Counted from the first letter of the stretch, positions 1 through 11,094 are shown. The stretch: DNA of 64,000 nt from Aulosira sp. ZfuVER01 (GCA_034530615.2 JAVRCV020000059.1:1-64000), one strand, 5' to 3'. The notes: generated from the sequence alone by a model not told the origin. Made by a program: numbers and translations.

Positions 1-188
1 CGCCAGTTGAATTTCTGACTATTTTTCTTTCCCTGAAGTAACAAAAGAGGGATAAATCTGAGGAGGCATCTGTATTTTCAAAAAGTAAATTGCAAAACAA
101 AAATCTGCCGAAGGATTTTGCTACCTAGATCTACTAAATTTGAGTCAGCGATCAGCATAGAACTAGCATCGGGAGAAAAGGGACAAGG

Positions 189-307
189 TGAGACCAGCGC
201 TGCGGGAGGGTTTCCAACGCCACTTGCTTCAAGTCGGCAAAGCCGTCCAACGCAGTGGCTCCTCCGCAGGCGACTGGCGTTAGCGACGAAGGAGCGTCAC
301 CCGAAGG
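189..307. repeat. Nested small dispersed repeat (SDR) complex inserted in a gggagacaa-type nonamer tract
   Basis: Outer hairpin element tgagaccagcgctgcgggagggtttcc|ctccgcaggcgactggcg..cccgaagg is interrupted by a related element in the opposite orientation (216-261) and by a 20-nt insert (280-299). Confidence 0.75.
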
Positions 308-338
308 GGAGACAAGGGAGAAATAACTTTTGCTCAAT

Positions 339-407
339 TCCCCATGCCCCATGCCCCATGACGCCACTTGCTATATGCCGGGGAACCCGTCCACCGCAGT
401 GGCTTCC
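339..407. repeat. STRR heptamers (cccatgc) with an embedded SDR hairpin element (361-403)
   Basis: ccccatg x3 followed by acgccacttgctatatgccgggaacccgtccaccgcagtggct. Confidence 0.75.
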
Positions 408-414
408 CAATTTC

Positions 415-1698
415 CTATGCTAGAGCTGGTACAGGAATCTCTAGATGAGGGTATAAGGGGAAGCGATCGCATAATGCTGCTACCCGTCTGCGACAATCAG
501 CAGCAACTTCCTCAGAGTTTGGAGATAGTAAGCGATCGGCAATAATATTGCCAATCTCGATAAACTCTACTTCTCCTAGTCCCCTGGTGGTCATTGCTGG
601 CGAACCTAACCTCAAGCCGCTGGTAACAAATGGTGATTGCGGATCGAAGGGAACTGTATTTTTGTTAGCGGTAATGTTTACACCACTTACCAGCTGATCC
701 GCTTGCTTACCTGTCATGCCAATAGACCGTAAATCTACTAGCATTAAATGGTTTTCAGTTCCATTAGATACAATTTTTAATCCCCGGTTTTGCAGTTGAG
801 TTGCTAACGCACGGGCATTGTCAATAACTTGAGCAGAATATGTTTTAAACTCAGGCTTTAAAGCTTCACCAAACGCTACTGCTTTGGCAGCAATCACATG
901 TTCTAATGGCCCGCCCTGATTTCCAGGGAAAACAGCTTTATCAAGCTTTTTACCAAGTTCTGCGTCGCCAGTCAAAATTAAACCCCCACGAGGGCCTCGG
1001 AGAGTTTTATGAGTAGTAGTGGTCACTACATGACAGTAAGGAATTGGGTTAGGGTGAAGACCAGTCGCAACTAAACCAGCAATGTGGGCAATATCAGCTA
1101 GCAAGTAAGCACCAATTTCATCAGCGATACTGCGAAACTTTTCAAAGTCAATAATGCGAGGATAGGCAGAATAACCACAAATTAGCAGCTTAGGACGCTC
1201 CCTCAGCGCCAGCTCCCGAATTTGCTCATAGTCTAGTTGTTCTGTTTGTTGGCTAACACCATAATGGCTAACTTGGAACCACTTACCCGACACATTTACA
1301 GGTGAACCGTGGGTAAGATGTCCTCCATGAGACAAATCCATCCCCATAATTTTGTCGCCTGGTTCTAGTAGTGTCAAGAACACAGCAAAATTCGCTTGCG
1401 CACCAGAATGGGGTTGAACATTTGCATGAGCCGCACCAAAAAGTTGTTTAGCTCGGTCGATCGCGATCTGCTCAACTTTATCGATATACTCACAACCGCC
1501 ATAGTAGCGTTTACCAGGAAGACCTTCGGCATATTTATTTGTTAGTACAGAACCTTGCGCCGCCAGTACCGCCGCCGAGGTAAAGTTTTCACTAGCAATC
1601 AACTCCAAATGGTCGCGTTGACGCTGGAGTTCTTGATTAAGTAGCCCGGCGATCGCGGGGTCGCTAGAGGCTAGAAAGTCTGAATTAGTCTTAGTCAC
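415..1698 (-). CDS. glyA: Serine hydroxymethyltransferase
   Basis: [23 protein letters not shown] and the PLP-lysine motif [14 protein letters not shown]. Start placed at GTG 1698 rather than TTG 1728 by inference. Confidence 0.98.
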   Translation of the reverse strand: MTKTNSDFLASSDPAIAGLLNQELQRQRDHLELIASENFTSAAVLAAQGSVLTNKYAEGLPGKRYYGGCEYIDKVEQIAIDRAKQLFGAAHANVQPHSGAQANFAVFLTLLEPGDKIMGMDLSHGGHLTHGSPVNVSGKWFQVSHYGVSQQTEQLDYEQIRELALRERPKLLICGYSAYPRIIDFEKFRSIADEIGAYLLADIAHIAGLVATGLHPNPIPYCHVVTTTTHKTLRGPRGGLILTGDAELGKKLDKAVFPGNQGGPLEHVIAAKAVAFGEALKPEFKTYSAQVIDNARALATQLQNRGLKIVSNGTENHLMLVDLRSIGMTGKQADQLVSGVNITANKNTVPFDPQSPFVTSGLRLGSPAMTTRGLGEVEFIEIGNIIADRLLSPNSEEVAADCRRRVAALCDRFPLYPHLEIPVPALA

Positions 1699-2246
1699 TT
1701 CAGCTATCCTTAAGAGAAATTTGCACAACAGTTAATTTTGACTGGGTGTTGCACCTACGTAACAGTCCACAGTCAATAGTACATATTTAGTCTATAGTTC
1801 AATGGCTTTTAACGATTACCAACTTATTGATAATTAGACACAAGTTTAATACTGGACAAAATCTCAGAATGATTTGAATTCTTGCGGCGGTATAGGTATT
1901 ACTTTTTACTAAAAAAAACTATTCTCTACTATACACAACATACAATAAATTTAGAGTCTACTGTGGCAATTTTGTTTGGGTTACGACGCCTGGATATTGT
2001 CGAGGTGCTTCTCATAAGAACTCCTTCCCTGCTCTCAAGCAATACGCGATCGCCCAAATTTTGCCCAATAGACATCAGAGGTTACTTTTAGGCGTTCATT
2101 GCCATTCCGAATCACAATCCACTTTTCCCAAATTCTAGACTGAGCAAAGCTGGAACATCTGGTAATTCTGCGGCTAGGGCGTCTAAAAAGCCGATCCTCC
2201 CCGAAGTGAAATGCGGGTCATAGTGTGAATTTACAGGAGGGATGGG

Positions 2247-2444
2247 ATGCTAGTAATTTTAATGGAAGATCAAATCCTTGCCCCTGGGAAGGTTTGCCAG
2301 TCTTGTTTACTAGCCGATCGGAGCGGTCAACCCCGTTGGAGTCAAGGTCAACTGCGTTGCGGTCAACAAGTACGCAAACTCAGCGAACAGCAGCCAGAAC
2401 AGTATGAATGTATGATGGGTTTCCGCATTGCCAATATAGAATAA
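2247..2444 (+). CDS. Small conserved cyanobacterial hypothetical protein with CxxC...C...C (possible metal binding)
   Basis: 65 aa ORF, aggaggg RBS upstream, CQSC..C..C pattern. Confidence 0.7.
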   Translation: MLVILMEDQILAPGKVCQSCLLADRSGQPRWSQGQLRCGQQVRKLSEQQPEQYECMMGFRIANIE

Positions 2445-2525
2445 TCACATTTGCTAGCAAGACCAGGTAACTGCGTTATCCTAGGCTCAAGTAACTGTTG
2501 AAATTTATCCACAGGAGAACGCACA

Positions 2526-3002
2526 ATGGCTTGGCGCGGGTCTACAACGGTTTCAGACCGGATTCTTGCTTGCTTACCTTATTTACTGCCCTTAGTTGAT
2601 GGGCTAATGTTCGGTGTTTCTTTGTTAAGACAATTTCCGGCACTGCAAGTACTGCTTTTGCCCCTTCAGCCTATTCTTTTAATTTACGGTAGCTTAGGAC
2701 AATTTGGGCAACTGATTGTTTTCTTTGCCTTGTTCTTTTTGGTAGTGAGAAATGAAAAAATCGTTCATTTCATTCGCTTTAACACTATGCAGGCAATTCT
2801 TTTAGACATTATTGTGTTTCTGGGCAGCATAGCTTTGCGAGTGATTGCACTCCCTGGTGTAGATTTTGCCGTTCAAACAGTAGCCAGCACAATCTTTCTC
2901 GGTCTAGTTGCAGCAATCGGATATTCTGTAGCTCAGTCTTTAATGGGGCGTTACGCAGAAATTCCCGCAATTTCTGATGCTGTTTATATGCAAGTTCGGT
3001 AG
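2526..3002 (+). CDS. Tic20/Ycf60 family membrane protein
   Basis: DRILACLPYLLP, HFIRFNTMQAILLDI, GRYAEIPAISDAVYMQV; RBS aggag. Confidence 0.92.
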   Translation: MAWRGSTTVSDRILACLPYLLPLVDGLMFGVSLLRQFPALQVLLLPLQPILLIYGSLGQFGQLIVFFALFFLVVRNEKIVHFIRFNTMQAILLDIIVFLGSIALRVIALPGVDFAVQTVASTIFLGLVAAIGYSVAQSLMGRYAEIPAISDAVYMQVR

Positions 3003-3005
3003 TCA

Positions 3006-3779
3006 TTAACGAGCTGCTACAGTGTTTTCTAGGCGACCAATGCCTTCAATTTCTACACGGACGCGATCGCCTAGTTGCAAGCAACCTACGCCCTCTGGAG
3101 TACCTGTGAGGATCACATCTCCTGGTAGCAGCGTCATCACCTGACTGATGTAGGAGACTAAAAAATCGGGAGCAAATACCATCCGATCTATACAGGTAGA
3201 TTGCACAGGATTGACATCCTCATTCAAAAAAGTCTGCAATCTCGCGCCTGGATTTAATTCTCTGACGATCCAAGGACCCAAGGGACAAAATGTATCAAAA
3301 CCTTTGGCTCGTGTCCACTGACCATCTTTTTTTTGTAAATCCCGCGCTGTCACATCATTAGCGATGGTATAACCCCAAATTTTAGTTTGGGCTTCCTCTG
3401 GGGTACAGTCACTAGTGCGATCGCCAATAATCAGCGCTAATTCGCCTTCGTAGTCTACCCGTTGTGACAGAATAGGATATTTAATTTCTGTCTCAGAGGC
3501 AATAATAGATGTAGGTGGCTTGAGAAAGAGTAGTGGTTCGCTCGGTACGGTCGTTCCCATTTCTGCTGCATGGTCTGCATAATTCTTACCCACCGCTACA
3601 ATTTTTGAGGGAGCACAAGGAGCCAGAATTTGATAATCGTCTGGTTCCAAGATTAAATCTGTAGGTTGTCCCTGTAACCAGGGTGGAGCATCTAGTACCT
3701 GGACATTGAGGGATAGTTGTAATAACCCATAGTAAATCTGTCCTTCCTGATTCTGAACTCGCACATAGCGCTGCGCCAT
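3006..3779 (-). CDS. Fumarylacetoacetate hydrolase family protein
   Basis: SKIVAVGKNYADH, DYEGEL, NDVTARDLQ, AKGFDTFCPLGP, PGDVILTGTP. Confidence 0.95.
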   Translation of the reverse strand: MAQRYVRVQNQEGQIYYGLLQLSLNVQVLDAPPWLQGQPTDLILEPDDYQILAPCAPSKIVAVGKNYADHAAEMGTTVPSEPLLFLKPPTSIIASETEIKYPILSQRVDYEGELALIIGDRTSDCTPEEAQTKIWGYTIANDVTARDLQKKDGQWTRAKGFDTFCPLGPWIVRELNPGARLQTFLNEDVNPVQSTCIDRMVFAPDFLVSYISQVMTLLPGDVILTGTPEGVGCLQLGDRVRVEIEGIGRLENTVAAR

Positions 3780-4103
3780 AACCTTGATTAGTATCCTTTT
3801 GGATGCAATTGAAAGCTGTTAGCTGGTAAACCGTGAGTTAGCTTTTGAAAAATCAGTAGAGCCAACATCCAACGGTAGAGCTTTGAGTCTAAAACCGCTA
3901 GCGGTTGATTGCCCAAAACCCGATTCCCCCTTTTTAATTCAATCCCAGTCTCAACTTAACTGCCTATGTTGTCACTCAGCAATTTTCCGTCAGGGTAGTG
4001 CTGAAGCGGCTATACAGGCTGCTAAACTTCCGAAGTCAGGGGGGTGGCTTCTTGTGAGAGATTGAAACTTTGGCGGATTTAGCTCAAGATTCAAATTAAA
4101 AAC

Positions 4104-4217
4104 TGGTAAGATTATAGTTCCTTGTTGCTTCAGATGTTGATTAGTACTGAGATAAGCTCTCATATACCGTATAAATTAACATCAGCAGCCACTCTGTCCA
4201 TAAGGAGACAAAAACCC
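4104..4217 (+). promoter_or_regulatory. Extended -10 promoter (TGgTAAGAT, 4104-4112) and structured rpsF 5' leader resembling the S6:S18-binding RNA motif
   Basis: ttccttg (4118-4124) can pair with the SD taaggag (4201-4207); inner stem ttgct/gatgttgatt pairs with aattaacatc/agcag; CCA follows at 4189-4191. Confidence 0.6.
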
Positions 4218-4544
4218 ATGTCGATAGTTTACGAAACAATGTTCATCCTGCGTCCCGATCTGGGAGACGAACAAGTAGAGCAAGCGGTTAATAAATATCA
4301 GAACTTGCTCAAAGAACACGGTGCTGAAGATATGCAAATTCAAAATCGTGGAAAGCGTCGTCTGGCTTATGAAATTAAAAAGCACCGGGATGGCATTTAC
4401 ATTCAATTCAACTACACTGGCCCTGGAACTGCGATCGCCCCTGTAGAAAGGGCAATGCGTTTGAGCGAAGAAGTAATTCGCTACCTAACAATTAAACAGG
4501 ACGTCCACGAAGAAAAAGCCGAGCAAGTGGCTGCAACCGCTTAA
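4218..4544 (+). CDS. rpsF: 30S ribosomal protein S6
   Basis: [36 protein letters not shown] 4218 with SD taaggag. Confidence 0.97.
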   Translation: MSIVYETMFILRPDLGDEQVEQAVNKYQNLLKEHGAEDMQIQNRGKRRLAYEIKKHRDGIYIQFNYTGPGTAIAPVERAMRLSEEVIRYLTIKQDVHEEKAEQVAATA

Positions 4545-4551
4545 GTAAGTT

Positions 4552-4650
4552 GTGAGTCAAGAGTGCTGAGTTACGAGTTGAAAGACCACCCACAAGCAGC
4601 GGGGCTTTTACCAAGTACTCAGCACTCAGCACTCAGAACTCATTACTGAG
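4552..4650. repeat. STRR heptamers (tgagtgc/actcagc) flanking a short hairpin element (4581-4609)
   Basis: actcagc x3; aaagaccacccacaagcagcggggcttt. Confidence 0.65.
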
Positions 4651-4753
4651 AAGCACTGAAAACTGGGTAAGATAAAACTTATAAAAAAATGTGCCTTTTT
4701 TCTGCCTATCTTGGCTAGTAATGCTAAATTAGCAACTACTTGCCAAAAGCATT

Positions 4754-5377
4754 ATGACCGCAGTTATACGTAAAAGTAAAAGTGGACAAGATTCTGAATG
4801 GGAGCTGCAAGCCACTGTGAGCCAATCTGATACATCCAACATCCAAGCTCTCTCTCCTGAAGTATCGCAGCTGCGCCAAGAGTTGCAACTTCGTGACCAA
4901 TTAGTACAACAGTTATCTCAAGAACTCTTCCGGCTGGTAAAGGGTAATACTAGTTTTATTCCCCAAAAGTCGGAGTCGGAGCCAGATCTCAAGCAGTTGC
5001 AAGCTTTGCAAGAACAATTGCAAGCTGTTGAGCAACAGGTGACATTCTACCAAGACCAAATTACCGCACGTGACGCCGAGATTTACCAATTACGGCAGAC
5101 AGTCCAGGAATTAACCGATCGCAGTCGGATGTTGGAGCAAGTCGTACAGGAGTTACCCCAAATTTACCGTCGGAAGTTTGAGGAACGTATGGCTCCAGTG
5201 CGAGAAAAAGTAGCAAGCCTACAACAAGAAAATCGGCAACTACAAGCAGAACTGCAAAGTGTCAGTTACCGTTTGGCGCTGAAAAGCCGTAATGCCAATC
5301 ATAGTGGCATTGATTTACCGAGTTTTCCCCGTCCAGCATCTGAGGAAACTAGCATTACTCCAGTTTCCAACAGCTAA
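4754..5377 (+). CDS. Coiled-coil protein, Npun_F5560-like family (start may be GTG 4817)
   Basis: Gln/Leu-rich heptads; ELQLRDQLVQQLSQELFRLVKGN is typical of this cyanobacterial family. Confidence 0.8.
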   Translation: MTAVIRKSKSGQDSEWELQATVSQSDTSNIQALSPEVSQLRQELQLRDQLVQQLSQELFRLVKGNTSFIPQKSESEPDLKQLQALQEQLQAVEQQVTFYQDQITARDAEIYQLRQTVQELTDRSRMLEQVVQELPQIYRRKFEERMAPVREKVASLQQENRQLQAELQSVSYRLALKSRNANHSGIDLPSFPRPASEETSITPVSNS

Positions 5378-5777
5378 ATAATAATTTGAAAACTTACTAA
5401 CAGTTGAGCCAGATGCTTGCAATTATTGAGAGCCAGTGCAGTCAATTTATGATTGCTGTCAAGCTTCTCAAACGCAAGCATCTGGTATTGTCTGTGAATA
5501 TTTCGAGATAAATAAAAATACTTTTAGGCTATTCTCTAAGCTGTTGTCGCTTAGGCATCGATGCGATCGCTCAAGATATTGTTGCCAGAAGCTTATAAAA
5601 TCAGTTTATGTATAAGCACCAAAGGCAACTGCCCTTAAGGTGTTGTAGCTTTACAGAAGCTCTGTAAGCCTTAGTCTGTTGTTGTTAATGATGGTGAGGA
5701 TATTGTAATCGAGGGAATTATTAAAAATTACTAAAATTTCTTGGCCTCACCATGCATCTGTTGATAAAAATAGAGGC

Positions 5778-6131
5778 TCACCCTGCTAGTACCAGCCTGT
5801 TATCGTTGGTGATAGTGAGGACATCTTCATAGGTACGAAAGATTTCAAATACTGAATCTAGTTGAGTCAGTTCTAAAATCAACCGGACAGGGGCTTTGAC
5901 GTTGCAAAGTACCAAGCGGCAACCACTCTGGCGTGCAGCTTTTAAACCCTTCACCAACGAAACTAAGCCAGAACTATCCATAAAATCCACTGCTGCTAAG
6001 TCGATAACCCACAGTTGATGAGGCTGTGGTGTTACTTTAGCCATTTCATTACTTAGGGCTATGCCACCTTGCAAGTCTATACTGCCTTCGGGTTTAAATA
6101 AAACTACCTGAGCTTTCTGTTTCAGAGTCAT
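5778..6131 (-). CDS. STAS-domain anti-sigma factor antagonist
   Basis: VIDLAAVDFMDSSGL (phosphorylatable Ser), ILELTQLDSVF. Confidence 0.93.
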   Translation of the reverse strand: MTLKQKAQVVLFKPEGSIDLQGGIALSNEMAKVTPQPHQLWVIDLAAVDFMDSSGLVSLVKGLKAARQSGCRLVLCNVKAPVRLILELTQLDSVFEIFRTYEDVLTITNDNRLVLAG

Positions 6132-6593
6132 GAATTTCACTGAATTAATTGCAACACTATAACAAAAAACAAAAAGTTAGCATTAATACTGTGTTTGCTT
6201 TGCAGCAAGTAATTCCTGTGTTACTTAAATAACAAAGAAATTACAGCAATGCAATTGAAACAAGTTTTTTCAGTATTCATGCCGTATAATTTGTGTTAAC
6301 TTTACCAATATAGGCATAAGCTCCTAAGAATGGCAGTAGCTTATGTATCTTTTACAAGATTTTTATATTTTGTCCGGTTTTGATAAATTTTTTATAAAAA
6401 GATTATTCTTATTCTTAAGTAACTATACGGTTGTGTTATTACCCGATAAAGAGAGACCAGTCAATCCCCCATAGTTAATAGATTAGTATAGACTAGAAGC
6501 TATGAACTCCTATAAGTGGCTTGATTGACACCCCAGCCAAAAAGGAGCAAAGATTATAGTACAAGTAAAAATTTGTAAAGGCGGCGGTGCGGA

Positions 6594-7223
6594 ATGTCTC
6601 TTGAGTTGATTTCACTAGAAAACATCCAGGAATTCGCCCACCATTATGGTTATTGGGCAATTTTTTTGGGAATTTTACTAGAAAATTTAGGCATTCCCCT
6701 TCCTGGTGAAACTGTCACCCTTGTAGGTGGGTTTCTAGCAGGCAGTGATGAACTTAATTACTGGCTGGTGCTGGGGGACGCCGTTGCGGGTGCTGCAATT
6801 GGTGGCACGTGTGGTTATTGGATTGGGAGACTCGGTGGTTGGAGTTTCTTGCTACAAATTGGTAAGATATTCCGGATCTCTGAAGAAAAACTCCTAAATA
6901 TTAAAGCGCAATTTAGTGAAAATGCTGTTAAAGCTGTATTTTTTGGACGCTTTTTTGCGTTACTAAGAATATTTGCTGCGCCACTAGCTGGTATAGCTGA
7001 TATGTCCTTTAGGAAATTCTTTGTGTATAACTTAGCAGGGGCAAGTGCTTGGGCAAGTGTGATGGTGACATTGGCTTTCTTCGCAGGAAGAGTTGTTTCT
7101 TTAGAACAATTGGTTTCTTGGGTGAGCCGTTTTGCGATCGTAGCTTTACTAATTTTGGTTGCCTTAATCGTTGTACCCATTTGGTTGGAGTCTCGCCAAG
7201 TTAAGCGTGCGGCGGGAGAATAA
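6594..7223 (+). CDS. DedA family membrane protein
   Basis: LENLGIPLPGE, GRFFALLRIFAAPLAG. Confidence 0.93.
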   Translation: MSLELISLENIQEFAHHYGYWAIFLGILLENLGIPLPGETVTLVGGFLAGSDELNYWLVLGDAVAGAAIGGTCGYWIGRLGGWSFLLQIGKIFRISEEKLLNIKAQFSENAVKAVFFGRFFALLRIFAAPLAGIADMSFRKFFVYNLAGASAWASVMVTLAFFAGRVVSLEQLVSWVSRFAIVALLILVALIVVPIWLESRQVKRAAGE

Positions 7224-7298
7224 AAAAGTAAAAACTAAAAACTAAAAAGGCAAAAGCAATCAATTATTTCTTTGATCTTTTGCCTTTTTCTTTTGCCT

Positions 7299-8498
7299 TT
7301 ACCTAGTTTGTTGTGCCCAAATGCGGGTTGGTAATCCCCAAACGTAAATAAAGCCTTCAGCTGCTTTGTGATCGAATTGGTCTTCAGCGCCGTAGGTTGC
7401 TAAGTCAGGAGTATAAAGAGAATTATCACTCCAACGCCCGACTAAAGTGGCGTTACCTTTGAAAAGTTTTACCCGCACAGTCCCAGAGACTCTTTCTTGT
7501 GTCTTTTGGATAAACCCATCTAGGGCTGCTTTTAGTGGACTGTACCATAGACCGTTGTAGACCAATTGGGTATAAGTCTCTTCTATACCGCGCTTGTAGT
7601 GACTGACATCTGCCGTCAAAGTTAAGCTTTCTAAATCTCGGTGTGCTTGGATTAACACCACCATCGCCGGAGATTCGTAGATTTCTCGTGATTTAATACC
7701 TACTAAGCGGTTTTCGATCATATCAATCCGCCCAATGCCATGATTTCCTGCTAGCTGATTGAGTTGTTCAATCAGATTAACTGAGGTTTTCGCTACGCCA
7801 TTCAGGGTTGTAGGAATACCGTTTTGGAAACCAATTTCGATGTATTCTGGCTCATTAGGGGTATCAGCGATCGCTTTAGTCATCTCATAAATTTCTTCTG
7901 GTGGTTCAAATGCTGGATCTTCCAGTACACCAGCTTCAATACTGCGACCGAGTAAATTCTTATCAATACTGTAAGGAGAAGATTTTTTTACTGGGGCGGG
8001 AATACCATAGCGTTCACCATAGGCGATGGTTTCTTCACGACTCATTCCCCATTCTCTTGCTGGTGCAAGTATCTTCAGATTAGGATTGAGGGCGGCACAG
8101 GAGACATCAAAGCGCACCTGATCGTTACCTTTACCAGTGCAACCATGAGCGATCGCATCCGCACCATATTTTTGGGCTGTTTCTACTAATATTTTCGCAA
8201 TTAATGGACGGGCAAGTGCAGTTCCCAGAGGATAACGATTTTCATAGAGGGCGTTAGCTTGAATCGCTGCAAAGGCGTAATCTTTAACGAAGCTGTCTTT
8301 AACATCCGCCACCAGAGATTCACTTGCACCCGATTTTAAAGCTTTCTCTCGAACTGGCTCTAATTCATCTCCTTGACCTAAATCTGCTGCTAGGGTAATT
8401 ACCTCTTCCACACCCCACTCTTCTTTGAGGTAAGGAATGCAAACCGAGGTATCCACTCCCCCAGAATATGCCAGGACAACCTTTTTGGCGCGACCCAT
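7299..8498 (-). CDS. argG: Argininosuccinate synthase
   Basis: [37 protein letters not shown]. Confidence 0.98.
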   Translation of the reverse strand: MGRAKKVVLAYSGGVDTSVCIPYLKEEWGVEEVITLAADLGQGDELEPVREKALKSGASESLVADVKDSFVKDYAFAAIQANALYENRYPLGTALARPLIAKILVETAQKYGADAIAHGCTGKGNDQVRFDVSCAALNPNLKILAPAREWGMSREETIAYGERYGIPAPVKKSSPYSIDKNLLGRSIEAGVLEDPAFEPPEEIYEMTKAIADTPNEPEYIEIGFQNGIPTTLNGVAKTSVNLIEQLNQLAGNHGIGRIDMIENRLVGIKSREIYESPAMVVLIQAHRDLESLTLTADVSHYKRGIEETYTQLVYNGLWYSPLKAALDGFIQKTQERVSGTVRVKLFKGNATLVGRWSDNSLYTPDLATYGAEDQFDHKAAEGFIYVWGLPTRIWAQQTR

Positions 8499-8876
8499 TA
8501 GTTTCTCCACTTAGGAAAACGAACAATGAGTCATTATTATACACATATATTTTATCTAGAAATAAAGTTATCTTAAACCCTGCCATCATTAGTCAATTTT
8601 ACCAACACTGATATCAATATTTAGATAGCTCTCCTGCGTTCTTATTGGTTACTACCCTATCCTTTCCCTGACAAAGACACTATGTAAACAGGACAGATGT
8701 ATTTAATAGAGCTTTTGTAAAAGATTAGTCTGGCAAATAAGTCTTCAACACTTGTTAGAAAAATTTTTGTAAATATAATACAAGCAAGGTCATTATACCC
8801 AATAATTACTGTAAATTTTGCGATATTTCTATAACACTCAGCTTATTTATAATTGATTTTTTATTATTTAATTAGT

Positions 8877-9620
8877 ATGAAAATTCAAATTTTAAGTGAT
8901 TTAAATCTTGAATTTCAACCATTTAATATTCCTGAGGCAAATGCTGATATTGTTGTTTTGGCAGAAGATATTCATATAAAAGAAAAAGGAATTAAATGGG
9001 CAATTCAAAACATTCCTAATAAACCCGTTATTTATATTTTAGGTAATCACGAATATTATGGGTGTGCTTACCTAAGGCTTATTGAAAAGCTGAAAGATTA
9101 TGCATTAGGAACTAATGTTCATGTTTTAGAAAATAATTTACTTACCATTGAAGATGCAACCTTTTTAGGTTGTACTTTATGGACTGATTTTAAACTTTTT
9201 GGCGATCCACATATGGCTGGTTATGAAGTTAGTCAAGGAATGAATGATTATAAAAAAATTAGATTAAGCCCTCAATATTCAAAGTTGAGAACTATTGATG
9301 CAGCGATAATTTGCAAAAAGTCAGTTGATTGGTTAAAAAATACGTTATGTAACTTATCTGGAAAAATTGTAATTATCACTCACCATGCTCCCAGCCCAAA
9401 ATCTTTACTTTTAGAATATAAAGAAGACATTTTAAGTTCTGCCTATACTTCAATTTTTGATAATTTAGTCTCTGAATCTGGTGCATTATTATGGATTCAT
9501 GGACACATCCATAATCATTTAGATTATCAAATTGGTTTAACTCGTGTTATTTGCAATCCCCGTTGTTATCCAGATGAAATAAATAATTACTTTAATCCAG
9601 AATTAACGGTAGAAATTTAA
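8877..9620 (+). CDS. Calcineurin-like metallophosphoesterase with degenerate motifs
   Basis: GNHEYY, THHAPS and HGHIH are present; motif I reads DLN instead of DLH and motif II AED instead of AGD. AT-rich region with no HIP1. Confidence 0.8.
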   Translation: MKIQILSDLNLEFQPFNIPEANADIVVLAEDIHIKEKGIKWAIQNIPNKPVIYILGNHEYYGCAYLRLIEKLKDYALGTNVHVLENNLLTIEDATFLGCTLWTDFKLFGDPHMAGYEVSQGMNDYKKIRLSPQYSKLRTIDAAIICKKSVDWLKNTLCNLSGKIVIITHHAPSPKSLLLEYKEDILSSAYTSIFDNLVSESGALLWIHGHIHNHLDYQIGLTRVICNPRCYPDEINNYFNPELTVEI

Positions 9621-10057
9621 AATAATTAGTTATTTGGCATTTATAAAGATTAACATTGGTTTGAGTTTTCCTTTGCGATTACAGAAAAAATGTTGATAGG
9701 TAAATATTTTTTAATCAAGCATCATATTTAAATTATCGATTTATGCCACTATTGAGTGAATGAATCATAAATTTAAATAATTAATGATAAGTTATCTCTT
9801 GCTTAAAAAATCTAAAAAAGGATATATCTATTAGAATAATATAAAATGTTATGTAACCTGAAGGAGAAGTTTTCTTAACTAATAAACTTCAGTCTACAGC
9901 CAATTAGATGACAATTAACCACAGATGAATACCGATGTTTATCTGTTGTTCAAAATCCCAAACTTCGACTACTTTCTAATTAATTTGGTATCATTGGTCA
10001 ATTTGGGGTTTACGTGACCAGGAACAGTGCTAGTGTCACGCTTGTCCTATTCTGGAG

Positions 10058-11023
10058 ATGGGTAATAATGTTGTGGGTGAGACTGTGTTTTTCAGCGTTG
10101 TGATACCGACTTATAATCGCCAACCAATTTTAGAAAAGTGCCTCCGCGCTTTGGAAGTGCAGGATTTTGCTGAGTCAACTTCAATCGCAGGTTACGAAAT
10201 CGTTTTAGTAGATGATGGTTCTACTGATGGCACCTTAGAATGGTTAGCAGCACATAAAGAAGAGTTTCCCCATGTGCGATGCTTTGAGCAAGACCACAAT
10301 GGCCCGGCGGCGGCGCGGAATTTAGGAGTAGAACAAGCACTGGGAGACACAATTATCTTTATTGATAGCGATTTAGTGGTGCTGTCAAACTTCTTGCAGG
10401 CTCATGCTGATGCACTAATGCAGGGACAGGAGAGATTGGGGAGCGATCGCTTTTTTACCTATGGTGCAGTCATTAATACTTGTAATTTCGATAATCCCAC
10501 CGCTGAACCTTATAAAGTAACAGATTTTTCCGCAGCTTTTTTTGCGACAGGTAATGTAGCAATTCCTAAACATTGGCTAGAGAAAGCAGGACTGTTTGAC
10601 ACTAGCTTTCAACTCTACGGATGGGAAGATTTAGAACTTGGTGTAAGACTGAAAAATCTTGGTTTACAACTGATTAAATGTCCAGCAGCCGTCGGCTATC
10701 ATTGGCATCCAGCATTTAAATTAGAGCAAATTCCTAACTTGATTGACAAAGAAATTCAACGTGGGCGTATGGGAGTTTTGTTTTATCAAAAGCACCCAAC
10801 GTGGGAAGTGCGGATGATGATTCAAATGACTTGGTTACATCGTTTGCTTTGGGGTTTGCTGTCACTAAATGGCACACTTAATGAACGAACAATGGCACCA
10901 TTTTTACAGTGGCTAATTAATTTAGGTAAACCTCAATTAGCTTTAGAAGTCGCCCGTGTTTTCCTCAATTGGTACAACGTCAAAGGTGTTTACGAAGCCT
11001 ACGCTCAAATACAGCATTCATAA
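10058..11023 (+). CDS. Glycosyltransferase family 2
   Basis: SVVIPTYNR, VDDGSTDGT, GPAAARNLG, FIDSD, YGWEDLELGVRL. Confidence 0.93.
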   Translation: MGNNVVGETVFFSVVIPTYNRQPILEKCLRALEVQDFAESTSIAGYEIVLVDDGSTDGTLEWLAAHKEEFPHVRCFEQDHNGPAAARNLGVEQALGDTIIFIDSDLVVLSNFLQAHADALMQGQERLGSDRFFTYGAVINTCNFDNPTAEPYKVTDFSAAFFATGNVAIPKHWLEKAGLFDTSFQLYGWEDLELGVRLKNLGLQLIKCPAAVGYHWHPAFKLEQIPNLIDKEIQRGRMGVLFYQKHPTWEVRMMIQMTWLHRLLWGLLSLNGTLNERTMAPFLQWLINLGKPQLALEVARVFLNWYNVKGVYEAYAQIQHS

Positions 11024-11094
11024 AAATTGGATAATTGGGCATTTGTCAACGCTGCCCATACCCATGATTCCAAATGTGCTACCCTAGTATGGTT

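Noticed and set aside
118..545. ORFs 118-423, 152-367 and 330-545
   Set aside because: They are composed of SDR/STRR repeats or lie antisense to glyA.
1882..2091. 69-aa ORF in the glyA promoter region
   Set aside because: TTG start, no RBS and no motif; more likely divergent promoter DNA.
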